Positions 8,165 through 15,360 of a stretch of DNA of 20,000 bases are shown here, piece after piece. The stretch's first letter is position 1. The number at the start of each line of letters is the position of its first letter. Origin of the DNA: an uncultured virus (IMG/VR IMGVR_UViG_2660238032_000003) (Duplodnaviria > Heunggongvirae > Uroviricota > Caudoviricetes); the IMG/VR virus record IMGVR_UViG_2660238032_000003. One strand, given 5' to 3'. The position numbers were made by a program, and so were the translations under genes. A model generated the notes under the pieces. It saw nothing but the letters and a program-made list of their open reading frames with translations. It made no database searches and had not been told where the DNA came from.

Positions 8165-8470
8165 TTATTCATATTTTTCTTCTGAAATTTCCGCTGCCAT
8201 AAATTTATCAATATCAAAATATCTTCCTGTTGTAATAAATGGTGGTTTAATTCCTATATAATTAAATCTTCTAAATTCACATAAGCTAATAATGTCATCA
8301 ATAATATATATACTTGACTTATTTTCTTTAAGATACTTGCTAAAATCATCATAATTAACTAAAATATAATCTTTGTTATATTCATTTTTATTATTAACTT
8401 TAGACATGATTACAACATATTCATTGCTATCAAAGTCTACCTTTACTACTTTTCCAATAAAATCAACCAT
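8165..8470 (-). CDS. hypothetical protein (101 aa), array gene
   Basis: ORF track; SD AGGAGAGG. Confidence 0.7.
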   Translation of the reverse strand: MVDFIGKVVKVDFDSNEYVVIMSKVNNKNEYNKDYILVNYDDFSKYLKENKSSIYIIDDIISLCEFRRFNYIGIKPPFITTGRYFDIDKFMAAEISEEKYE

Positions 8471-8511
8471 TTCTACCTCTCCTTTTCTACATCCTGTATT
8501 AGTATTGTGAA

Positions 8512-8676
8512 TTACTTTTCATACCAATCACAATTTTCCATAATCTTTTCTAGTTCTAATCTTGGCTTATCTATATCTAACATTTGACATACTGATTCAC
8601 AAATACTTGTCAAATCACATTCTAAACAACACTTTCCTGCTCCTGGACATTCACATTCAAAATTACATTTACTCAT
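8512..8676 (-). CDS. 54-aa protein with 9 Cys (not in ORF track)
   Basis: MSKCNFECECPGAGKCCLECDLTSICESVCQMLDIDKPRLELEKIMENCDWYEK; SD AAAGGGTG. Confidence 0.7.
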   Translation of the reverse strand: MSKCNFECECPGAGKCCLECDLTSICESVCQMLDIDKPRLELEKIMENCDWYEK

Positions 8677-8713
8677 TTATAGCACCCTTTCATATTTTAG
8701 TATTGTGAAGTTT

Positions 8714-9535
8714 CTACAATGCACATTCACAAGGTAGAAAACTCATTTGACCATCTATTTCTGGTAATGATTTATTTACCATTGACCAAAATCTTTGACT
8801 TCCTATTTTTTCTGTTGGAACTATACCTTTACACCTCATAGATGCAAATTTAGGTTCTAACTCTTCTAAAAATAAATCTTTTAAAATACTGTAACCAATA
8901 GCCTTTTCGGTTTCTTTGGCTTCTTCCCACAACTTAGGATATAAACAATAAGTTAAATACCATTGTTGCTTACCTGCCTTTAAGCAGCCTTTACAATTAG
9001 CATGTCTAAATAGTTCATATACATTAGGTCTTTTAATTCCTAATTCCTCTGTAGATTGTATTGTTCTATTCCAAAAAGCCAATGGAAAATCTGTTTTATA
9101 TCCTTGGTTTATCATAACTCCAATTCTTCTTTGGATTCTGTTAGTTTCTTTCTTATCAAATCCATATATTAAAGTTATATCTTCTCTTACTTCTCCTGGA
9201 GCTACTGGGTAATTATCTTTTAACCACTTATGAAATGGCTTAGTTTTTAAGTTATAAGTACAAAGTACTGGACCATTACCAAACTTAAATCCTCCAAGCT
9301 CTTTACATACCCTTAATGGTGTTTTATTTTCCCAACCTTCCATATTTGCATAAGTTATATCTATTCCTAAATATTTTGCAACTTCATTTTTAAATCTTTT
9401 TATGTCATTGTCCTCTACTTCCTCACTAATATTGTGATTAAGTAGTATTACATTTTCTTTGCCAACTTTTCTAACACATTCTATAGCACATAAGGCTGAA
9501 GAATGTCCTCCTGAAAAACATACAATATATTTCAT
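8714..9535 (-). CDS. PAPS-reductase-like PP-loop protein
   Basis: VCFSGGHSS PP-loop, CTYNLKTKP, HANCKGC and terminal PCEC Cys motifs. Start at ATG 9535 (MKYIV) or 9550. Confidence 0.8.
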   Translation of the reverse strand: MKYIVCFSGGHSSALCAIECVRKVGKENVILLNHNISEEVEDNDIKRFKNEVAKYLGIDITYANMEGWENKTPLRVCKELGGFKFGNGPVLCTYNLKTKPFHKWLKDNYPVAPGEVREDITLIYGFDKKETNRIQRRIGVMINQGYKTDFPLAFWNRTIQSTEELGIKRPNVYELFRHANCKGCLKAGKQQWYLTYCLYPKLWEEAKETEKAIGYSILKDLFLEELEPKFASMRCKGIVPTEKIGSQRFWSMVNKSLPEIDGQMSFLPCECAL

Positions 9536-9680
9536 AACTACCACTAACATAGTTAATTCCTTGCTAGTGGAAGCAATTTAGCACTCCTTGGGGAGCATCC
9601 GTATTACTTTACATATAAACGTCAATAAACACTTATTATATAACCTGGTCTACCAGGATTTAGTTATGTTTTACTCCTTT
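9533..9680 (-). ncRNA. candidate multi-stem cis-regulatory RNA leader
   Basis: Closing stem CATAACTA/TAGTTATG contains the ATG. Internal hairpins CCTGG-TAGA-CCAGG, TGCTCC-CCAA-GGAGTG and CCACTAGCA/TGTTAGTGG. Confidence 0.6.
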
Positions 9681-9692
9681 CTTATTAAGCAT
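9660..9692 (-). CDS. 10-aa leader uORF MLNKKGVKHN
   Basis: SD GAGGT upstream of ATG 9692; stop lies at the 5' strand of the leader's closing stem. Confidence 0.4.
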   Translation of the reverse strand: MLNKKGVKHN

Positions 9693-9734
9693 ATTTTTAC
9701 CTCACTTTTATTCTGACTTTCTACATATTGTGAA

Positions 9735-9923
9735 TTAAAAATTATTTAATTCTTCTAACTTTATTCTACTGAACATTTCAGTTTCCACATCTTGTATTAC
9801 GAATTGTTTTTCTTTTAAATCAAAGCCTATCTTTATATTGCAAGTTCCCATTGTTGCTTTTAATGCATTTAGAAAAAAGTTTATGCGTTCTTTAGCTTCT
9901 AATTGATCATTATTTTTACTCAT
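9735..9923 (-). CDS. hypothetical protein (62 aa)
   Basis: ORF track; SD GGGGGAG; overlaps the upstream stop. Confidence 0.7.
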   Translation of the reverse strand: MSKNNDQLEAKERINFFLNALKATMGTCNIKIGFDLKEKQFVIQDVETEMFSRIKLEELNNF

Positions 9924-10143
9924 TGCCTTCTCCCCCTAGATCTATATTTATACGTTCCGAATCTTCAGCATATATTTGTTCTACTTCTCTTTCTCCATAT
10001 AAATCCCACATGCTTTCATCTTGTCCTAAATACTCATTATCTTCTGAATAATCTTCTTGTACAAAAGTTCTAGTGTCCAAAAAATCTAAGTTTATATCAA
10101 CCATTTGTGAACTCAAAACACATCTTAAGTCTTTTAACTTCAA
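9916..10143 (-). CDS. hypothetical acidic protein (75 aa, TTG start)
   Basis: ORF track; SD AAGGA upstream. Confidence 0.65.
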   Translation of the reverse strand: MKLKDLRCVLSSQMVDINLDFLDTRTFVQEDYSEDNEYLGQDESMWDLYGEREVEQIYAEDSERINIDLGGEGNE

Positions 10144-10164
10144 CTTCTTTCATCCTTCCTGACT

Positions 10165-10617
10165 TTATATTTCTCCTGTTAATTTAACTCCAGCCATTTC
10201 TCCATTATCAGCTTCAAAACAAAGCATAATCCCATTACTCAAATGTTTTCCTGTTATAGTTAAACCATTTTCTAAGGCTTGGTTTATTAATTCATTTAAT
10301 TTAACTTTATAATAAACTGGATCATCTTTTCTTAATCCCATATTCTTCATCCTTTCCTTAACCAAATCTATATTGAAATTTTCTTCTATAGATAAAATCA
10401 TATAGCCTTCTTCTAAACCATATTGACCACCTTGTAAAATATAAGTTATTCTTACTGGTAAGCTATTTCCTGTATATATTTGACCATCAAATTCATTTAA
10501 TATTATAAAATCTCCTACTTTATAATCTCTATCATTCTTCCTTATTTCAAATTTCTTTTTCCCTTCTACTACAGCTTTAAAATATTGTGGTAGAATTTTT
10601 AAATAATGAATGTCCAT
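10165..10617 (-). CDS. DUF3850/ASCH (PUA-like) domain protein with C-terminal extension
   Basis: H-x-LKILPQYF-x-AV-x-x-G-x-KKFEIRKNDRDYKVGD signature. Confidence 0.85.
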   Translation of the reverse strand: MDIHYLKILPQYFKAVVEGKKKFEIRKNDRDYKVGDFIILNEFDGQIYTGNSLPVRITYILQGGQYGLEEGYMILSIEENFNIDLVKERMKNMGLRKDDPVYYKVKLNELINQALENGLTITGKHLSNGIMLCFEADNGEMAGVKLTGEI

Positions 10618-10648
10618 AAGATACTCCTTTAAAATTCACATTATCTGA

Positions 10649-10945
10649 CTACTTATAGTCCCATATAGATTCTCCATACTTTTTTCTAATAAAATTACAA
10701 GGCACAAAATCATTGTTTTCAAAATCACTCCCATATGCTATTACACATTGGTTACAATTAATCTGTGCGTCACAAGCTTCAATGGAATCTGTTAAATCTT
10801 CTTCTTTTACAATCTCTATTGCTTTATTCCAACAATCAATATGAGCTGTAGTAAACTTTTCTCTAAGTCTACCGCAATGAGCATCTAATGGATGCAACTT
10901 TTTATGGCATAAATCACATTCCATATATTCAACTTTATGAATCAT
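10649..10945 (-). CDS. Cys/His-rich hypothetical protein (98 aa)
   Basis: MIHKVEYMECDLCHKK...CNQC. ATG 10945 follows SD AAAGGA; the track start at 10993 overlaps the upstream gene. Confidence 0.7.
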   Translation of the reverse strand: MIHKVEYMECDLCHKKLHPLDAHCGRLREKFTTAHIDCWNKAIEIVKEEDLTDSIEACDAQINCNQCVIAYGSDFENNDFVPCNFIRKKYGESIWDYK

Positions 10946-10974
10946 ATTTTTTCGTCCTTTCTGACTATTGTGTA

Positions 10975-11289
10975 CTATATTGCTACCATACAAATTCCTT
11001 TATAACTATTTTGAAAGTGCCTAAATGAAAAGGAAAAATCAATGTTTTTGTATTCTTCTTTCAATTCTCTTAGTACAATTTCAGATATTTCATTTTCAAA
11101 GCCATATGTTACATTTCCATAAAAATCAACTGTAGTTGTTGTTTTTCCTTTTTCGATATTATCTTCAAATCTTTTAATACAAAGTTTTTTAAAATTATTA
11201 ACTTCTTTTCGTATTGTTTTATTTCTTATTCTTTCAGCCTTCTCTTTATAAGAAAAATCACTTTTAGATTTCAAAAAACCAAATAACAT
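10975..11289 (-). CDS. hypothetical protein (104 aa)
   Basis: ORF track; SD AAGGAG. Confidence 0.7.
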   Translation of the reverse strand: MLFGFLKSKSDFSYKEKAERIRNKTIRKEVNNFKKLCIKRFEDNIEKGKTTTTVDFYGNVTYGFENEISEIVLRELKEEYKNIDFSFSFRHFQNSYKGICMVAI

Positions 11290-11315
11290 TTATTTTCTCC
11301 TTTTTCTGACTTATA

Positions 11316-11726
11316 TTAAAATGGCATATCTCCATCATCCACTGGAGTTATATCTTCCTCAAAGCTCATTTCATCAAATGGATTACTTGATGATAAATTA
11401 TTATTTTTGCTTCCGCTCATAAATTCAACATTTTCAACTACTGCTTCAAGTGTATAAACTGTTGTTCCATTCTTGTCGTATTTACCACTTTGCATATGAG
11501 CTTCTATTTGTATTCCTATCCCCTTACTGAAATGTTCTGCTATAAACTCTGCTGTTTTACCAAACGCAATTATTGGAATAAAATCACTTTCATACTTTTG
11601 AGTATTTTTATCCTTAAATCTTCTTTTAGCTGCTACTGTATTTTTTAATACTGCTGTTCCTGTACCTTCTGTAAATTTTAAATCTATATCTCTTACTAGA
11701 TTTCCAGTAATGATTAATTTATTCAT
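11316..11726 (-). CDS. ssb: single-stranded DNA-binding protein
   Basis: MNKLIITGNLVRD, DFIPIIAFGKTAE and acidic DDGDMPF tail. Confidence 0.95.
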   Translation of the reverse strand: MNKLIITGNLVRDIDLKFTEGTGTAVLKNTVAAKRRFKDKNTQKYESDFIPIIAFGKTAEFIAEHFSKGIGIQIEAHMQSGKYDKNGTTVYTLEAVVENVEFMSGSKNNNLSSSNPFDEMSFEEDITPVDDGDMPF

Positions 11727-12114
11727 TTTTGTATTCCTCCAATATTATTAATTTTCCGCCCATACTAGCTCTTACAATATCTTCTCTAGCAAATAGACCT
11801 TTATATTGTTTTAACGTCTTTAATAGCCTATCTGTAGACTTAGAATTAATATCTAATATAGCTTGTACTTCTTCTCTGCTAAAATAATCTTTATTAAACA
11901 CAATCTCTAAATAATTTTGAAATTGTAATTTTATTGTTTCATCTAAATCGTGTCCATCTTTACCATGATGTATTGAGTAATGACACTTTTCACAAAGATC
12001 TATTAAATTCATTTTGCATTTAATTAATGCAGGTTGCTGACTTCTTTTTATTTTGTGATGCTCTGTTACTATTCCATTAATTCCGCACACTTCACAAGCT
12101 CCATACTTAGCTAT
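11719..12114 (-). CDS. HNH-type Zn-binding nuclease-like protein, probable ATA start
   Basis: CEVC...EHH...NLIDLCEKCH...H. The first CxxC needs 8 codons upstream of the GTG at 12090, beginning at ATA 12114. Confidence 0.7.
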   Translation of the reverse strand: MAKYGACEVCGINGIVTEHHKIKRSQQPALIKCKMNLIDLCEKCHYSIHHGKDGHDLDETIKLQFQNYLEIVFNKDYFSREEVQAILDINSKSTDRLLKTLKQYKGLFAREDIVRASMGGKLIILEEYKNE

Positions 12115-12734
12115 TTACAACACCTTCTTTTACTAATTTTTTCTTGTATTGCTGCTATAGCAACTCCTGTTTTGGTTAACTCTGCATCATTGTAAATTAA
12201 TTTGTTTTTATTCATTATTAATAACTGATGCCTAGTAACTAATATTAAATTATCTATATTTAAATTTGTTTTATCCCTATCTGAAAACACTATCGCATAG
12301 CCTTTAGGAACTTTGCCATTTTTCTTTTCCCAAATTACTAAATGTTTTAATCTCCATTTGTTGGATTCTGCTATTTTTATTTCAATATAGCCATCTTTTG
12401 TTATTCTCTCACTTCCTACAGGTTTATGATTAAATGGAATTTGACCTTTTTTGAACCAAGTTTTTTCGCTTCCTTTTGCATATATTCCTTTCATTCCTTT
12501 ATTATGTGGTATATTTCCTTTAGGCATATGACCTGTAAATCCTGTATTTAATTTGTATCTACTTATTGCACCTTTAATCTGATTTATAGTTAACTTTAAA
12601 TCAAATTTTTCATTTATTATCTTCTGTATTTCCATATAATGATGTCCTGGAGTTATTTCTTTAAGATATTCTTTTTCTTCATCATTCCAAATATGAAGTA
12701 CTTTACTTTTACTTCCTGATGGTCTTCCTTTCAT
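12111..12734 (-). CDS. HNH endonuclease (HNH_3 type)
   Basis: FKKG-x-x-P-x-N repeats, KHLVIWEKKNGKVPKG, D-x-DKTNL-x-IDNL. Confidence 0.8.
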   Translation of the reverse strand: MKGRPSGSKSKVLHIWNDEEKEYLKEITPGHHYMEIQKIINEKFDLKLTINQIKGAISRYKLNTGFTGHMPKGNIPHNKGMKGIYAKGSEKTWFKKGQIPFNHKPVGSERITKDGYIEIKIAESNKWRLKHLVIWEKKNGKVPKGYAIVFSDRDKTNLNIDNLILVTRHQLLIMNKNKLIYNDAELTKTGVAIAAIQEKISKRRCCK

Positions 12735-12737
12735 GTT

Positions 12738-12971
12738 TTAATCCTCTAGCATTTTAGGAATAACTACATTGTCTCTTCCTAATGTCTCCACTTGTAATTT
12801 TTTTGCTTGTAATATAACATCTGCATTATTTATAATTTGTGAAGCTATGCCAGTTACTGCTTTTGCCCTTATTATTTCTTCTTTAAGTTCATCTCCTGTT
12901 ATATCTTCATCATTCAATCTTTCTAATTGAGCAAACAAATGATTATTTAAATCTCCTAATGTATTTCTCAT
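12738..12971 (-). CDS. conserved phage protein (77 aa)
   Basis: NTLGDLNNHLFAQLERL motif, recognised as a frequent neighbour of HNH_3 genes. Confidence 0.75.
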   Translation of the reverse strand: MRNTLGDLNNHLFAQLERLNDEDITGDELKEEIIRAKAVTGIASQIINNADVILQAKKLQVETLGRDNVVIPKMLED

Positions 12972-12983
12972 ACTCTACCTCCA

Positions 12984-13772
12984 TTACATATAATTAAAAG
13001 TTGCTTTAATTTCATCTATTTTTGCATTAAATGCTTTTAATTCTTCCTCTTTATAAGCTTCCAATGTTTCTAAGTCCTTAAAATATTCTTTACCTGCTTG
13101 TACACCATTTTTAGTTATTTTATATATTCCAAACTTTCCTTCTAAAGTTATTTCTTTAGAGATAATCCTAAAGGTATCTTCTATAACCTTCTTGTTAGTT
13201 TCTACAGGCTTTTCTACCTCTTTAGGTATAATTGTATTACTTGTTTTTTGTTTCTCTTTATAAGCCTTATTTTTAGCTTTAATCTTTTCTCTATCATCTT
13301 TTGTTAATTCAGCACATTTTTTGCACCATTCTTCTTTAGTTTCCTTGAAAATATAAACTAAATCTTTAGTTGGAATATCTTTAAATTCTTTTTTTAATGA
13401 TTTAACACTATCTGCTTGGTTAAAATCCTTTTCCAATAATGATTTAGACATTTCAATAATTTTTGGTTTTAATTCATTAATTTTCATAATCCAATCCTCT
13501 CCATATTCACTTAAAAATTTTTCTGAATCTTTCATATACTCATTCGCTTTTATTATTAATTCCGTAATCTCTGTTATACTTAAATCTTTTTTATCAATTA
13601 AAGCTGCTGCTATGCATGTATCTAGTGCTTGATTAATTGACCAAACCATTTTATCTACTTTTTGATTTATATAATTATTTATTAATAGATTCTTTTCAGG
13701 AGATAGAGTTTTTATCCATTTTAGAAGCGATACTGAATCCCTCTCATTTCTCCTGCGTTCAACTCTATTCAA
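12984..13772 (-). CDS. hypothetical protein (262 aa)
   Basis: ORF track; TTG start with SD AGGTGA. Confidence 0.75.
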   Translation of the reverse strand: MNRVERRRNERDSVSLLKWIKTLSPEKNLLINNYINQKVDKMVWSINQALDTCIAAALIDKKDLSITEITELIIKANEYMKDSEKFLSEYGEDWIMKINELKPKIIEMSKSLLEKDFNQADSVKSLKKEFKDIPTKDLVYIFKETKEEWCKKCAELTKDDREKIKAKNKAYKEKQKTSNTIIPKEVEKPVETNKKVIEDTFRIISKEITLEGKFGIYKITKNGVQAGKEYFKDLETLEAYKEEELKAFNAKIDEIKATFNYM

Positions 13773-13776
13773 AAGC

Positions 13777-14088
13777 TCACCTACTTTTCAAAAGTATTTT
13801 TATAACTCCTATATGATGCCACCCTCTATTAACAAGTTTCTTGTTATGTCTCCTGTTTAACTCAATTAAATTCATATTTTTCTTAGCTAATAAGACTATT
13901 ACTCTTATACATACTTGAATTAAATCTTGGACCTCTTCTGCAATATGACATAAATCGCTTTCTCCTATAGCTTCATCAAGTTCTTTATACTCTTCCTTAA
14001 GTTTTTTTCTTATAGAATCCCAATTATCTTTTTGATTATCTTCATTAGTTTTAATATTTTTACCTAGCTGCATGAAATTTAGTATCAT
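13777..14088 (-). CDS. MazG-like NTP pyrophosphohydrolase
   Basis: KLKEEYKEL...IAEEVQDL (EExxE...EExxD) all-alpha signature. Confidence 0.7.
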   Translation of the reverse strand: MILNFMQLGKNIKTNEDNQKDNWDSIRKKLKEEYKELDEAIGESDLCHIAEEVQDLIQVCIRVIVLLAKKNMNLIELNRRHNKKLVNRGWHHIGVIKILLKSR

Positions 14089-14366
14089 TATAAAATCCCT
14101 TCTTTCATAACATCAATTTTTAATATTTCTAATGCTCCCTTAATAGTTAGTCCAGCTTCTACATTCATAACTGCTAATTCTATTAAATCCTCTAATCTTG
14201 TTCTTAAGATTTTATTTTCATTTTCTAAATTAGTAATTTGAATATCTTTAGCTTTTATAACTTTCTTAAGATAATTATTTTCTATCTTTGGATCCTTACG
14301 TAACATTTCTTCTAATTCTTCACTTTCCTTTAAGTGCAGATTAGTTTTATTCCTATCCATGTTCAT
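14088..14366 (-). CDS. hypothetical coiled-coil protein (92 aa)
   Basis: ORF track; SD GGGAGG. Confidence 0.7.
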   Translation of the reverse strand: MNMDRNKTNLHLKESEELEEMLRKDPKIENNYLKKVIKAKDIQITNLENENKILRTRLEDLIELAVMNVEAGLTIKGALEILKIDVMKEGIL

Positions 14367-15237
14367 TATCGTTATCCTCCCATCCTAATAATTTCTTTTC
14401 TAAATCGTCATAATCATAATCTCTTGCTTCAAAATTATTGAATCTAAGTGGTTTAGGTTGATTTTTAGAATTAATAGCCTTAGTATTTTTCTTATTATCT
14501 CTGCCTTCCGTTTGCCAATTTTGAATTATTCCAACTACATATTTATAATTATTTAGTTTTCCTCTTTCCATAGCTTCTGTAGCTGCATCAATCATATTTT
14601 TAGAACCATATATTTCAATATCTGCTGATATTTTTTCCATTAACATAGGTGTAACCATAAATCCACATTTTTCAAAATGTTTAAAAACTTCAACATTTGA
14701 GACGACTACTGACGATGTTTTTTCTTTATCTCTAGTCTCTTGTTCTATTTCTATCTCTTGTTCTATTTCTATCTCTATCTTTGGTGGACACTTTTCAGAC
14801 ATTTGTCCACTGCTTGTACTTTCAGGTAAACATACTTCATCATTTTCTTTTTTTAACTGTCTTTGTTGTTGCTTTTTAAAAGCTCCTATAGATTTAGAAC
14901 CTATCATATTTTCAATTTGAGTAAGATAAATCTCACCTGATTCGAATACTTTAACTAAACCTATTTTCTTAAGAAGTTCCATTGCAACTATAACTGTATC
15001 TAAATCTGTTTTTGTAATTTCAGAGAGTTTTTTTGCATCATATGGTATTAATACATTTCCAACTTTTCTTATTAAAATTCCATTATCTCTAAGGGACTTT
15101 AAGCAAAGCTTCAAATAAAAATGACTATATGCTATTCCATTATCCTGTTCCTCTAACCAATCTATTGCTCCTTCTTCAAAGAAATCTTCTTTTAATTGTA
15201 ACCAATAGAATTTTCTATCCTTTTCATATTTAGCCAT
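14353..15237 (-). CDS. phage replisome organizer / DnaD-domain replication initiator
   Basis: FYWLQLKEDFF...YLKLCLKSL N-domain; C-terminal YVVGIIQNW DnaD motif and FNNFEARDYDYD tail. Confidence 0.9.
   Translation of the reverse strand: MAKYEKDRKFYWLQLKEDFFEEGAIDWLEEQDNGIAYSHFYLKLCLKSLRDNGILIRKVGNVLIPYDAKKLSEITKTDLDTVIVAMELLKKIGLVKVFESGEIYLTQIENMIGSKSIGAFKKQQQRQLKKENDEVCLPESTSSGQMSEKCPPKIEIEIEQEIEIEQETRDKEKTSSVVVSNVEVFKHFEKCGFMVTPMLMEKISADIEIYGSKNMIDAATEAMERGKLNNYKYVVGIIQNWQTEGRDNKKNTKAINSKNQPKPLRFNNFEARDYDYDDLEKKLLGWEDNDNEHG
14738..14810. repeat. probable phage replication origin within the initiator gene
   Basis: Tandem 18-bp TCTTGTTCTATTTCTATC (14738-14773) plus inverted repeat GTGGACA-N13-TGTCCAC (14784-14810). 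Confidence 0.5.
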
Positions 15238-15254
15238 TATCCTGCCCTCCTTAG

Positions 15255-15283
15255 TTGAATATTCTTTTAATTTTTGGTAATAC
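15255..15283 (+). promoter_or_regulatory. antisense sigma-A-like promoter upstream of the initiator
   Basis: TTGAAT-N17-TAATAC with TG extension. Confidence 0.45.
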
Positions 15284-15334
15284 TATAACTGTAGTTATTG
15301 TTAACTACTTAGTTGAATACTTTTATTTTTTGGT

Positions 15335-15360
15335 TAGCTCCCAATTAAGGGAGCTATTTT
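15335..15360. terminator. terminator hairpin
   Basis: TAGCTCCC-AATTAA-GGGAGCTA followed by TTTT on the plus strand. Confidence 0.6.

Larger units (their letters stand above)
8488..11315 (-). repeat. dispersed junction repeats TTCACAATA-N6-wAgGatGAA and AGTCAGA between accessory genes
   Basis: Copies at 8488-8511, 8686-8709, 9711-9734, 10149-10172, 10635-10658, 10951-10974 and 11305-11311, each at or just after a stop codon and before the next start. Confidence 0.75.

Noticed and set aside
9535..9692. T4 gene 60-style ribosomal bypass from the uORF into the PP-loop gene
   Set aside because: The stop is followed by a hairpin, but the matching AAC codon near the start is out of frame with the downstream gene, which has its own ATG.
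8488..11315. Junction repeats as a CRISPR array or classical attC sites
   Set aside because: Repeats are short and degenerate and separate whole genes of variable length; no cas genes; no GTTRRRY/RYYYAAC long hairpins; the recombinase shows no obvious IntI-specific insertion.
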